Shown here: piece after piece, positions 13,681 through 26,429 of the stretch
Numbering within the stretch: the first letter of the stretch is position 1
Layout of the letters: every line of letters begins with the position of its first letter
From: Octopus bimaculoides
Taxonomy: Eukaryota
Length of the DNA stretch: 64,000 bases
Assembly (NCBI RefSeq): GCF_001194135.2
Contig: NC_068984.1
Coordinates: 66,216,275-66,280,274 of the forward strand
Reading direction: 5' to 3'
Program-made: the position numbers and the translations under genes
Notes under the pieces: generated by a model
The model's input: the letters and a program-made list of their open reading frames with translations, nothing else
The model's database searches: none
Told to the model about the DNA's origin: nothing

Positions 13681-14279
13681 ATACATATATATATATATAT
13701 ATATATATCTTCTACAGTTTAGCTGTTCTTGGGTATTCAAGATTCAAGGTCACTGAATTTTCATCAGTGTAATATTCAAATAAACAAAGAAATCCATCCG
13801 AATCTCAAAGGATTCCAGCAGGAACAAAAAAGGTCAAGCTGTGCTGGTATATAATTACCATTAAACATGCATAAATATCCATTGAGCATGTATTAACGTC
13901 TTGCTCATTCTGCAAACAGCCACAAATTTATACATACCTATGCATTTTCAAATCAAATCAAATAATTATTCTATTTTCAACATTCTACTATTATAAATAA
14001 CAAGAACTGTATGGAAGGACTTGATAGTATGTTTGCAGGTTATTAACAGATGTTTACTACTTTTTATTATTGTTTTGTTGTTATTAATATTTTGTAAGTG
14101 TTGTGAGCTGGTTGTGTAAATGTTAGAGATACTCAGTTGCAAAGTGCATGAGTTGGAAAACTTCAATAGAAAGCACACATTTAAACATAAATGTGACATA
14201 TAAATACATATATACATAATATAAACACATGTACACATACACACACATAAATATGTATGCGTGTATGTGTGTGTGTGTA

Positions 14280-14688
14280 TCATCATGATCATGATCATGA
14301 TGATCATCATCATCGTTTAACGTCCGCTTTCCCTGCTAGCATGGGTTGGACGATTTGACTGAGGACTGGTGAACCAGATGGCTGCACCAGGCTCCAATCT
14401 GATTTGGCAGAGTTTCTACAGCTGGATGCCCTTCCTAACGCCAACCACTCTAAGAGTGTAGTGGGTGCTTTTATGTGCCATCGGCATGAAGGCCAGTCTG
14501 GCGGTACTGGCAACGGCCATGCTCGAAATAGTGTATTTTATGTGCCACCTGCACAGTCCAGCGAAACTGGCAACAATCTCGCTCGCATGACTTTTCAGGT
14601 GCCACCGGCACAAGTGCCAGGAAGGTGATGCTGGTAATGATCACGCTTGAACAGTGCTCTTAGCGCTCCACTGGTACGGGTGCCATAT
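14280..14688 (-). mobile_element. RTE-type 3' UTR fragment with (GAT)n tail
   Basis: catcatcatcgtttaacgtccgctttccctgctagcatgggttggacg is the reverse complement of the 10840-10897 tail; includes subrepeats. Confidence 0.8.
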
Positions 14689-14719
14689 ATGTATATATAT
14701 ATATGCATATATATATGTA

Positions 14720-14800
<81 letters not shown>
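14689..14800. repeat. Long (TA)n microsatellite
   Basis: Direct inspection. Confidence 0.95.
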
Positions 14801-14802
<2 letters not shown>

Positions 14803-15359
14803 GTATGGATGTATGTGTGTATGTATGCATGCAAGTGATGAGCCTTGAAGCAGGCAAGGGTTTGCTGGGTAATTATTTGCTTGTTTTCATTTTGCTTCCT
14901 TTCCGGTTGATGCTAGGGAGAGCTGAGAGGGTTTTGAATTTGAACAAAATTACCACATTAACTGTGGTAACATACAACAAAATTATTGCTGTTTTATCAA
15001 GAGTAATAAAAAAAATGCAATCAGCAATTTCTTTCATTTTTAATATACAAACATTCATACAAACATATATGCACCTCCACACAAACATAGATATATGTGT
15101 GAGAGTGTGTATGTATGTATATATATATATATGCACATATATACATACATACATACATATACATAAATATATGCATGTACAAATAAGCACATGAGCACAG
15201 ATGCATGTGCATATATACACACTCACATGTACAATACATATTCACATACAGGTACCTTTAGAATTATAAATGCCTTCAAACTGACAATGGTACCTTCACA
15301 GATACATGCATATATTTGAAATAATACATACATACACACACATACACAGACACAGACAC

Positions 15360-15392
<33 letters not shown>

Positions 15393-15820
15393 NNNNNNNN
15401 NNNNNNNNNNNNNNNNNNNNNNNNNNNNNNNNNNNNNNNNNNNNNNNNNNNNNNNNNNNNNNNNNNNNNNNNNNNNNNNNNNNNNNNNNNNNNNNNNNNN
15501 NNNNNNNNNNNNNNNNNNNNNNNNNNNNNNNNNNNNNNNNNNNNNNNNNNNNNNNNNNNNNNNNNNNNNNNNNNNNNNNNNNNNNNNNNNNNNNNNNNNN
15601 NNNNNNNNNNNNNNNNNNNNNNNNNNNNNNNNNNNNNNNNNNNNNNNNNNNNNNNNNNNNNNNNNNNNNNNNNNNNNNNNNNNNNNNNNNNNNNNNNNNN
15701 NNNNNNNNNNNNNNNNNNNNNNNNNNNNNNNNNNNNNNNNNNNNNNNNNNNNNNNNNNNNNNNNNNNNNNNNNNNNNNNNNNNNNNNNNNNNNNNNNNNN
15801 NNNNNNNNNNNNNNNNNNNN
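15393..15820. other. Assembly gap (N-run)
   Basis: N-run after (TA)n. Smaller gaps at 19451-19460, 26485-26494, 29351-29392 and 60371-60423. Confidence 1.
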
Positions 15821-16529
15821 CTATATATTCACACTGGTAAAATGATTCACACACACACACATGCACATAGAAAAATGCACACTTACAAATAAATACATAT
15901 GTGCTCGCACACATGAAAACACATGCACACACAGGTATATATGTGTGCATGTGTGTGTATATGTATGGGCAGACAAAAAAAACCCCATTGATACACAGGC
16001 AAATATACACATACTCACAAATACACATAGACACACAGGAAAATATACACATACTCAGAAATGCACATGCATATGCAGACACACTTGTATATTCACATAA
16101 TCACATGTATGAAAATATAACAAAGTGTTAAGGAAATCAATCCCCAAGCACACTGATTATTAAAAGCTGTATGCAAAAATGAAGGCATGTGTATTCATGA
16201 TTCGGGTAATGGCTCTTTCGTCCCCTCACCCTTCATGTATCTTCGCTCAATCAATGCAATTTCGCTCACAGATTCTAATTATTCATGACTATTGGTAAAA
16301 AAAAAAAAAAATGTTAAAGAATAATATATAAATAAATAAATAAATAAAAAAAACAATATCATGATAGCAATCAAGCAGTAGAATAGTTAATGAACCCCAA
16401 ATCAGTAATCGGTTGTTGAAATGATATTTAAGATATAGGCATATTGGAAGTTATGTTAGTTCAGTTTTTAGCCATTCTATAATAGGAAGAGAGACAATGG
16501 GTGATGATGGTTGTTGTTGAAGGAGAAAT

Positions 16530-16920
16530 AAATGTTAAGTGTTAGGGCTTTGAGTATGATAAATAAATAAATTAATATTATGAAAAAAATTTTGTGTCAA
16601 TAGATTCAGAACTGAACTGTCATTTTGTGCATTTTGTATTGGTCTTGTTGTCATCATTGCTATAGTCGTCATCACCGTGTTCATCATTGAAGTTGTCATA
16701 ATCAACTTCATCTTCATTGTCATCATCTTCATCATCATCATCTTCATCATCATCATCATCACCCTGTCATCATTATCACTACCAGCACCATCACTGCTGC
16801 CAATACCAATACCACCACCATCGCCCTTATCATCATCATCAGCAGCATTGTTATCAACATCACCACTACATCATTACTACCACCACCACGATGACGACGA
16901 CAACGACAAATACGATGACA

Positions 16921-16955
<35 letters not shown>

Positions 16956-17160
16956 CACCACCACCACCACCACCACCACCACCACCACCTTCATCATCAT
17001 CATCTTTACTGTCATCATCATCATCATTGTCAATATCACATCATCATTATTATTGTTTTCATCATCATATTTATTTTACATCATCAAAGTCCTCATAACA
17101 GTTGCTGTGGTAATTGTTTTATTGTTATTGTTGTTGTTGTTGTTGTTGTTGTCATGGTTA
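16530..17160. repeat. Compound degenerate trinucleotide tract (CAT/CAC/GAC/GTT)
   Basis: Runs of cat, cac, gac and gtt; source of poly-H/T/D/I ORFs. Confidence 0.9.
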
Positions 17161-17553
17161 TGTGTTTGGGATCATTAATGATGCTGATTAGTTCAGACAG
17201 TGAAGGTGAATTGATGTCAACTGATGTGGAAAGAACACAAGTGAGTGGGTTGGCTGAATAAGGGAATGCATAGAGAGAATTCGAAAAGGATATTGCCAGG
17301 GAAATGATACAAACAAATGTGGTCAGAGGCTCAGACCTTTGTGATACAATAAAGCTACAAGTATTGATAATAATAATAATCATCTACTATAACAATATTC
17401 TTGTGTTTTTCTCCGTCACAACATATGAATGAGAAAGGAAAGGAAGGGGTGGCAGATGATTAAGGAAGGAAGGAGTGATGGCAAACTGGTAGTGGGAGTG
17501 TTTCAAATCTGTGTGAGTATATGTGTATGTATGTAAAAGTAGGTATGTGAATA

Positions 17554-17587
<34 letters not shown>

Positions 17588-17884
17588 TGTATGTGTGGAA
17601 GTGGGATGGTGAACATTCAATGCTGAAATGAAAAATCAAACAGCGTTTCAACTCAGTGTGAGTGCATGTACAAGGGAAGTATGTGAACATTTGTATGTGA
17701 ACCAGCGTACTTTAAGTAACAAAAGATGATCAATGTCACATCTCAAAAGACAACCACAAGATAACATCAACAAGTGTATTTATTTGATTTATCATCCATA
17801 TTTATATATAAAATACTACAATTAGCTATCATTTTTGATGGCATGGGGCCTAATTTGTATGATAATATTCATTGCTAAAACGAA

Positions 17885-18040
17885 GTAGTACAAGACCAAA
17901 AATTTTTGTTGAAGGAGGTAGTTGACCAAATCAACTCCAGTATTGGGTTGGTGGAATTTTAATTTATAGACCCCACAATTTTGAAAGGCAAAGTTGACCG
18001 GATTGGTTTTGAACTCAGAACTTAAAGGATGTAAGATGTG
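17885..18040 (-). mobile_element. SINE family B, degenerate
   Basis: aaaggcaaagttgacc...tttgaactcagaac is the reverse complement of the family B core. Confidence 0.7.
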
Positions 18041-18072
18041 TGTTTTCAACGAGAAGAACAGTTCTGAAATCA

Positions 18073-18442
18073 AATTCCACAGAGGTCGACTTTGTCTTTC
18101 ATTCTCTTGATGTCATTGAAGTAAGTACCTGATGAGTACTGGGGTGAGGGTGTAATCAAATTGCAGGCCTTGTGCTAAAATTTGAAATCATCACCGCTAC
18201 CACTGATGGCAAGCTAGCAGAATCGTTAGCACACCAGGCAAAATGCTTAGCAGTATTTCGTCTGTGTTCTGAGTTCAACTTCTGCCAAAGTTGACTTTGC
18301 CTTTCATCTTTTCAGGGTTGATAAATTAAGTACCAGTGAAACACTAGGGTCAATGTAATCGATTAGTCCCCTCCCGCAAAATTTCAGACCTTGTACCTTT
18401 AGTAGAAAGGGTTATTATTATTACTATTATTATTATTATTAA

Positions 18443-18473
<31 letters not shown>

Positions 18474-18700
18474 TTTATTATCATTAAGGCGGCGAGCTGG
18501 CAGAACCATTAGCATGCTGAACGAAAGGCTTAGTGGTATTTTGCTCGTCACTATGTTCTGAGTTCAGATTCTGCCAAGGTCGACTTTGCCTTTGATCCTT
18601 TCGAGGTCGATAAAATAAGTACCAGTTGGACTCTGAGGTTGATGTAATTGACTCATCCCCACCTTCCCCAAGCTGCCCTAGGGGCAAAAATTTGAAATAA
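18073..18700 (+). mobile_element. Three tandem family B SINEs (18073-18190, 18205-18420, 18485-18700)
   Basis: Repeated gctggcagaa..ttagc...gagttcaa...gtcgactttgcctttcatc...aataagtaccag. Confidence 0.85.
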
Positions 18701-18714
18701 TGATAACTATTATT

Positions 18715-19483
18715 GAGTGAGAGAGCAGTGCACGACATCAAAGTGAAACTGGGATAAAATATATGAAGCCCAGTATATCCATCATGACTACCCGTCTGAT
18801 AAGAGTACACTAGGCATGTGCATCACAACCACATGTGTGCAGCATGGAGATCTCATATCAAGATTAACAGTGCATGACCTCGCAGGTGGGACCCAGTTAG
18901 AATTTTCTTCAGGTTGAGTAGCCAATCCCACTCAAAAGGTCCCTGAATAAGGGTTGTTTAAGGATATTAAACAAAAACACCCATGCTTCCAGAGGTGAAT
19001 TATCCAAACCCCAAAGAATTCATCTCAACACATGGCTATGATGCTCCCCCACTACTTCTACTCATGATTAGAGATGCACATATTGCTAGCTGCTAAGGGA
19101 CATGCTCAACTGATTATGGTCAAACAACTGACAAGCAAATCTATGGCATTGAGCAGAATATTTGCTGTAGCTCATCTTTTATACCAAGACAAAACAATGT
19201 GCATGATAACACTTCCAATCAGCTAAGATGAGAAGCCATGACAACCACTGCCTGATACTGCATCAGGGCATCTCAGATGGTTACGGTCAGAGAACTGTCA
19301 AGCAAATCTATGGTTTTGAGCAGAATATTTGCTGTAGCTCATCTTTTATACAAAGACAAGACAAAACAATGTACATGATAACACTTCCAATCAGTTAAGA
19401 TGTGAAGCCATGAAAGCCATTGCCTGGTACTGCATCAGGGCATTTATTATNNNNNNNNNNATTGCCTGGTACTGCATCAGGGC

Positions 19484-19487
<4 letters not shown>
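18715..19487 (-). mobile_element. Family D ~560-bp non-coding element embedded in (TAA)n, with a duplicated ~170-bp end
   Basis: 18715-19272 is the reverse complement of 50591-51146; 19273-19443 repeats the terminal part; (TTA)n at 19488-19532. Confidence 0.8.
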
Positions 19488-19532
<45 letters not shown>

Positions 19533-19831
19533 AGTAGTAGTAATAGTAGTAGTAGCTGTAGTAGTAGTAGCATCAGTAGCAGTGGTAGCCACAGTGGTAG
19601 TAGTAGAATAGAGGATGTTAGAGTTACTAGAGTGTTGGATAAAATGCTTTGAAAAGATATTTTGACAATTTTATTTATACCATAGACGGCTACGAATCAA
19701 AACTGGCATAAACACCATCAAAAGGTCAGCTTTTCTTGAAACTGTAAATATTCTAAGGAAAGCACTGTCTGTTTTCTGTGTGAAGTGTTTATAGATATGA
19801 TCGAAACAAATATATTTTTGCTGTTTTCCAG

Positions 19832-19870
19832 TATTTAACACCTGTATTTTTTTTATGTAAATACGACCAA
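19832..19870 (+). CDS. Candidate 39-nt micro-exon (YLTPVFFLCKYDQ), unassigned
   Basis: ttttgctgttttccag| ... CAA|gtaagt; phase 0-0 and open; no homology recognised. Confidence 0.25.
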
Positions 19871-19961
19871 GTAAGTAATATGTATAACTGCAACAAGGGC
19901 AATGAATTGTCAGAATTGGTAGCTCAGTTGAAATAGTGCTTACAACAGCTACTTGCATAAC

Positions 19962-20516
19962 TTAACCATTTTGCATTCAAGTTAGTGACATCTGACCCAA
20001 ATATTCTGCCTGTTTTATGTTCAAATTATCATGGTCCAGGCTCTTACACGTACCCAACAATGTCATACTAAAAATACACAATATCATCAAAATCACAAAG
20101 CTATGAGATAATGCATGATTAATTCAAAACAGTGTCATATTTTAGAGGAAGGTGCATGGCTTAGTGGTTAGAATATTCAGTTCATGATCGTAAGATCGTC
20201 AGTTCAATTCCTGGTGATGCGTTGTGTCCTTGAGCAAAACACTTTATTTCACATTGCTCCTGTTCACTCAGCTGGTGAAAATGAGTTGAACCTGTATTTC
20301 AAAAAGGCCCAGCCTAGTCACATTCTGTGTCATGCTGAATCTCCCTGAGAACTACAGTAAGGGCACACGTGTCTGAGGAGTGCTCAGCTACTTGCACATT
20401 AATTTCATGAGCAGGCTGTTCCATTGGTCAGATCAACTGGAACCCTCATCATTATAACTGACAAAGTTCAGCAGAGTCAGATGTTTGCAAGAGTAAACTT
20501 AATGTTAAAGGATTAA
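19962..20516. mobile_element. TTAA MITE family E interrupted by a family C SINE
   Basis: TTAAccattttgcattc...aattcaaaacagtg [SINE] ...gagtaaacttaatgttaaaggaTTAA; matches 40832-41060 in reverse. Confidence 0.65.
20148..20468 (+). mobile_element. SINE family C (tRNA-like head, CORE-like gtccttgagcaaaacactt)
   Basis: A box tggcttagtgg, B box gttcaattcc; collinear with 23487-23795. Confidence 0.8.
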
Positions 20517-21225
20517 TGTTGTCAATTCAAATCTCCAGAAAAGTCAAGCCAGCTTTTCCCTTTTATTCTTCTAGGCATGATAACTTTTTTTCTTTCTATT
20601 ATCAGCACAAGGCCTGACAAGTGGAGAAGGGGATAGTTGATTACATCAGCCTCAATGCTCAAACGGTATTTTTTTTATCAATTCCATAAGAATGAAAGGC
20701 ATTGTCATCTTTGACAATCTAAACTCAGAATGTAGCGAATGAAAAGAAATGCTGGTAATCATTTTGTCTGATATGTTAACAATTCTACCTTCTTGCCTCC
20801 TTTCTAGTCCTGATAAAAAGCAAGTACCAGTTATCAATCATACTCTACTAATTAAATTTGTGTCATTAAGTCAATGTTAGAAACCAATAATTAGGAATGT
20901 ATGAAAGTGGCAAGTTGAATGACAGAAATTGATAGAGCAATGGATAAAATGTTTTGTAGTATTTAGTTGTCTCAGATATTTTCCTAAGTTCAAATCCACC
21001 AATGGTGAACTTAATCTTTCATCCTGGTATCAGTAAAATAAATACCAATACCAGTCAAATACAAGGGTTAAATTCCTTCTCATCATCATCGTTTTAATAT
21101 CCATTCTTCCATGCTTGCCTAGGTCAGATGAAATTAGTTGAGTGGCAGTGGTAGTCGTAATGGTGATGAAGATGATAACATGGTCATTAAGCAAATACAT
21201 AACAATTTTCCTAAATGGGAATTTT

Positions 21226-21258
<33 letters not shown>

Positions 21259-21304
21259 TATACATACATACATGCATGCATACATACATACATACATGCA
21301 TGCA

Positions 21305-21336
<32 letters not shown>

Positions 21337-21769
21337 AAGCCAGTGTTCATGTTACACAGTAAAGTGAAAGTAGAAGAATAAATAAAATACACACATACAT
21401 AGACACATGTACACAAACACACACATACATACATACACACACATATAAACAGAGAAAGAAATAAGCCACCAATTAACTTCTAGGTAAAATTATAATTCTA
21501 TGAGAAAATATATTTTCAATAAATATTTATTTCTGCTGTTCTGCACATTAAAATATAAAATGTTCTTTTGAAAAGCAGATTATTTCTATATCATGTGTAT
21601 AATATTGTTGTGATTACTGTAAAAGTACAACATTTTGGGGGTTCTAATGATGTTGAAAATACTACAAAAATCTACACAAATTTAATTGGAAAAATAAAAA
21701 AGAATAAAAATTATAAAAGAAAATTTCTTTTAAATGTTGTTTCTGTATTCAGTCTTTCATCTCATTTAC

Positions 21770-22295
21770 TAATATCATCGTTATCATCGTCATTATCAAT
21801 GTTGTTGTTTTCATCATTATCACCCACATCATAATCCTCCTCACCACCATCCTCCTCATCATCATCCTGTCATCTACCTCCTTCTTCTCCTCCTGCTCCT
21901 GCTCCTCCTCCTCCTCATCATCATTATCAACATCACCACATCAGTGTCACCATCCTCAGTACCACCATCACCAGCACTACTGTCCCCAGCACTACCGTCC
22001 CCAGCACCAGCACCAGCACCACCATCGCTATTGCCACCATCACCAGCATCACCATCACTACTGTCATCCTCATCATTATCATCATCAATTTCATCATTAT
22101 TATTATTACCTTCATCCACATCACCAACATCACAATCATTAACACCATCATCACCAGCACTGCCATTGTTGCCATTGTCATCATCACCCTCATCCTCATT
22201 AGCAACATCACTATTACCATTGTTGTCATCGTCATCGTTGTCATTGTCATCATCATCGTCATCATTACCATCATTCGCATTGTCATCATAAACAT
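21770..22295. repeat. Degenerate (CAT/CAC/CCT)n tract
   Basis: Direct inspection; source of ORFs 21874, 21933 and 21944. Confidence 0.9.
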
Positions 22296-22496
22296 CTAGA
22301 TGATATGTTAATCTGCATCAATAATTTTATCATTACCATAAACTCTCCTTCATGAGCCACTGAAGAATCCCCTATGTTGTCACCCAGCCTGCTAAAAATA
22401 ACTGCTGAACATCCTTCAAAACAGTTCAGTGTAAATGAAGTTTTTTTTTTAGACTTATAAAGAAAAATATGTCAATATAAAAATATTTGTGTAAGC

Positions 22497-22712
22497 CAGT
22501 GAGCTGGCAGAATCATAATCACTCAAGCAAAATGATTAACAGCATTTCGTCCATCTTTATGCTATGAGTCCAAATTCTGCATGGTCAACTTTGCTTCTCA
22601 TCCTTTTAGAGTCAATAAAATAAGTACCAGTTAAACACTGGGGAGTCAGTGTAATTGACTTGTTCCCTTCCCCGAAATTGCTGGCCTTGTGCCAAAATTT
22701 GAAGACAATATT
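22497..22712 (+). mobile_element. SINE family B
   Basis: gtgagctggcagaatc...gtcaactttgc...aataagtaccagttaaacactggg...gccttgtgccaaaatttgaa. Confidence 0.8.
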
Positions 22713-23245
22713 GAAACATTTGTGGCACACCTATGGCTGCAGAATTAGTGTATTAGGTAGACTATCACATGAGATTTGGTATGTATATCTCTCTATTTTC
22801 TGTGTTCAAATTCCAATCTTGATGCTCTTCCTGAGACCATCTGCAGTTTATTGATAATGATAATTACTCTAAATTTATAAGGAAACAATACATCAGTTTT
22901 AAGGTATTTATGGCAGATCAAGTTTTGTGAGATATTTGGATCTTTTCACATTCTGTGCTTCACATTCTGAGCTTTTTATATTTTGAGTTCAAATCCCACC
23001 CAAGCCCATTTTGGTTTTGACATTACCAGAGCTGACAAAATAAATTACCAGTTGATAACAAAAAAAAAAAAATACTGGGATATTTATACATGACTGTATC
23101 CTTGGAAACGACATGCCAACATGAGCCTAGGTCAGTGACTGAAATAGTAAAAAAGAATGATATAGTAAAAGAATGTAAGATATTTTGTGACAATCTTGTT
23201 TGTTGTCTAACAACATAACCTAAGAGAAAAAAAAATAAAAACAGC

Positions 23246-23452
23246 AAGCTGGCAGAATGCTGGAAATAAAAATGCTTAGTGGCATTTCATCTATCTTTAC
23301 ATTCTAAGTTCAAATTCTGCCAAGGTCGACTTCCCATTTTATCCTTTCGGGATTTATAAAAGAAGTACCTGTTGAAGTGGGATGGATGTAATTGACTAAC
23401 CTTTCCCCACTAAAATTCTAGACCTTGTGCTTATAGTAGAAAAGATTTATTT
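23246..23452 (+). mobile_element. SINE family B
   Basis: caagctggcagaatg...aagttcaaattctgccaaggtcgac...atcctttcggg. Confidence 0.8.
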
Positions 23453-23486
23453 AATCAAAAGCACAATTTACACTTGTTTTTTGTGA

Positions 23487-23795
23487 AGGCACGTGGCTTA
23501 ATAGCTAGGGTAGTCAGCTCACAATTGTAAGGTCATGAGTTTGATTCCCAGTGACATGTTGAGTTCTTGAGCAAGACACTTTATTTTGCATTAATCCAGT
23601 CTGGCAAAAATGAGTTGTACCTGTAATTCAAAGGGCTGACCTTGTCTCACTCTATCACCCTGAATCTTGCTAAGAACTATGTTAAGGATATATGTGTCTG
23701 TGGAGTGTTCAGCCACTTGCATGTTAATTTCATGGGTAGACTGTTTGATTGATTGTATCAACTGGAACACTAGTCATCATAACCAATGGAGAGCC
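23487..23795 (+). mobile_element. SINE family C
   Basis: gaaggcacgtggctta...ttcttgagcaagacactttatt...atcaactggaac. Confidence 0.8.
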
Positions 23796-24419
23796 AGGCC
23801 AGAGAAATTTCGAACACGTTACTTTTAAGGTCTGTGGATTAGATATGTGTGTAGCTGCTAGCAGCAAACAGTGAAAATATATTACAGTGAAATATATTAG
23901 GGAATTGAGGGAACAGAGCAAATAGAAGAACAGAATAGAAGGAGAGAGCAAATCAATTTTATTTTCCTCTACAGGATTTTATACAAAATTTCAGAAAGGA
24001 TATGAAGAATTGGTTATGTAAAACTATAGGGGGAATTAACAAGTAATAAATAAGAATACATTTAACAATGGTTTCAAATTTTGTGACTCTTCATTAGGTT
24101 TATATTGATATGTCAAAATCAATAAACATTGTCAACAACATTGCCCATGGGGAAAGTCTTTAAAGTTCTCCAGTAACTTAACTTAGTGAAAAAGTAACGA
24201 AATAATCCTCAATCAGATCACTGCTATCTTTGAAATATGAGCTACAATCTCAGAATTATATTTTACAGAATAAAACATGATACCCCACCACCACCACCAC
24301 AAATGATAAATACAGAGGAACAGCAACATTGCCTGCATTAGCTGTAGCCACCAACTAGGGAACTTCAGTGTGGTTGTTAGAAATATATGCCAAATCACTT
24401 TCAGATCACATATACTGCC

Positions 24420-24626
24420 TTAACCCTTTAGTATTCAGGTTACTCTGTCAAATATAATGCTTATGTATTGACATGCATGATTTCATAGCTTTGAGATTTT
24501 GATAATGTGATTGTCTATTGTTTAAAATCACACTGTAGGTGCAAAAGGCAAGATATGATCAGTTTCAAGATAAAACAGGTAAAATATTTTGGCCTGATAT
24601 AACTGCTTTAAATACTAAAGAGTTAA
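24420..24626. mobile_element. TTAA MITE family E (piggyBac-type ends)
   Basis: TIRs TTAA-CCCTTTAGTATT ... AATACTAAAGAG-TTAA. Confidence 0.8.
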
Positions 24627-24833
24627 ACCTTTTGTTACTATATTTCTGTTTAAATTACCATTCTTTCAATTAATTTTGAAGACAATAAAGATTTAATTAA
24701 ATACCTTGTTCCTAATAACTTGATATTTGCAAGATATTTTGCTAGAAGCTTTTAATCAAGATCATTTAGAAACAAAAGGTTTATATCAGATAACAAGAGG
24801 CAGTTTCTGGCAGACACATATGAAAAGGGTTAA
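24623..24833. mobile_element. TTAA MITE family F sharing a TTAA with the preceding element
   Basis: TTAA-accttttgttac ... atgaaaaggg-TTAA. Confidence 0.7.
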
Positions 24834-25127
24834 TACATAGAATACCACATCAAATAACATACTTTATGACATATAAAAATAACTAAATGTGCCTCACACA
24901 AATATCAACTCTACCATCACTAGCACCACCATCATCACCACTGTCATCATCATCATTGCTCTCAATCAAATGGTCAAGACCTGAATGTCTCTGACCATAG
25001 ACCGGCTTAATCATAGCTAACATGGGGTTGAATAAGAACAACAGTTATAAAAGCAGCTGATACTTATCCCATGTTCCATGGTATGATTTGATCTCAGAAA
25101 CCAGAAGGATGAAATTAAATGTTATTC

Positions 25128-25442
25128 TGTATCAGTGTTTTTTTTTTTTTGCCAGACAGCTAAGTTACAGGGATGTAAACAAACCAACACTGGTTATCAA
25201 GTAGTAAGAAGGAACAAACACAAGCTCAAAGACACATGCACTCACACACACACACACACATACACACGAATGCACTCATAAAATAGGCTTCCACACAGTT
25301 TCTATACACCAAATTCACTCACGAAACATTGGTTGGCCCAGCATTGTAGCAGTAGACACTTGCCCAAGAGGCTGCTCAATAGGACTCAGCCTGAAACCAT
25401 GTGATTGTAAAGCAAGTTTCTTTACCACACAACCATGCTCGT
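25128..25442 (-). mobile_element. SINE family A, degenerate
   Basis: gctaagttacagggatgtaaac...gtagacacttgcccaag...gaaaccatgtg. Confidence 0.75.
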
Positions 25443-26137
25443 GCTTTTATAGATAAATACTACAATGTATTTAAAACGATGTATTACTGTTTCTGCCACT
25501 TCATCACTCTTACATAATAATAAACATACACGTGATTGGATTAATAATAATGAGGAGTTGTAAACTCCCTCCTGTCCTTTATAGAATTTTTATTCTTTAG
25601 GGGTTGATAATAATATGCTGAAATTAAGATAGTGTGACTAAAGAAACAAAAAAATATACAAAGGAATTGCTATAATGTTTTATTTTGTTTTGTATTGTAG
25701 TTAATATCACCTTCTTGTAGTTACTGTCATATTAAAGCATTATCAGATAAAAGAATGAAAGAATAATAGAATGTGTTGACAGGAATGCATTCAGTTGTTC
25801 CAGCATAACATTGAATAAAAGAGAATTGGTGCTGCTAATTCAGTATGACCATCATTGAAAGAGAACACCTGGTTTCTTCTATAAATAGTTGTCCAATTCT
25901 CATAGAAATAAAGAATAGGGGACTGAAGGCACCAGCAAGAGACATTAACATTCCACAAGCTGACAAAATCCATATGTGTGTGTGTATATATATATATATA
26001 TGCATGTGTCTCTGTGTATGTGTGTCTGAGTGTGTGTGTGTATTTCAGTATGGATAACATTTGTACTGGTAAATATATATGCACAGTACCTAATATACAT
26101 AATTATATTACACATACCATACACATATGCATCCCAC

Positions 26138-26139
<2 letters not shown>

Positions 26140-26228
<89 letters not shown>
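26140..26228. repeat. Long (TA)n within an AT/GT microsatellite field
   Basis: Direct inspection. Confidence 0.95.
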
Positions 26229-26234
<6 letters not shown>

Positions 26235-26387
26235 ATGTATATATGTATATATGCATATATATATATGTATATGTGTGTATATGTGTGTGTTTGTGTATGT
26301 GTATCTATATGCATGTTTGCATCTGTATGGGGTGGGTACACACATATATTTAGTGTATATGTAAGCATCTCCCTTTGTATATACATA

Positions 26388-26429
<42 letters not shown>

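Noticed and set aside
15276-16082. Long ORFs spanning N-runs (also 27802-28537, 48931-49542, 57934-58439, 59261-60092)
   Set aside because: Length comes from assembly gaps
16150-16215. Plus-strand VCKNEGMCIHDSGNGSF resembling an EGF-domain start
   Set aside because: Remaining cysteines are missing, the frame ends in a stop, and there is no supporting acceptor
16677-17261. 194-aa His/Asp/Ile-rich ORF and similar ORFs at 21874-22295 and 46736-47029
   Set aside because: Degenerate trinucleotide tracts open in several frames
19418-19490. Exact repeat on both sides of a 10-N gap (also 26473-26506)
   Set aside because: Contig-overlap assembly artefact
20148-20220. tRNA-like heads with A/B boxes (families A, B, C)
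   Set aside because: No complete cloverleaf; they continue into SINE bodies, so not tRNA genes
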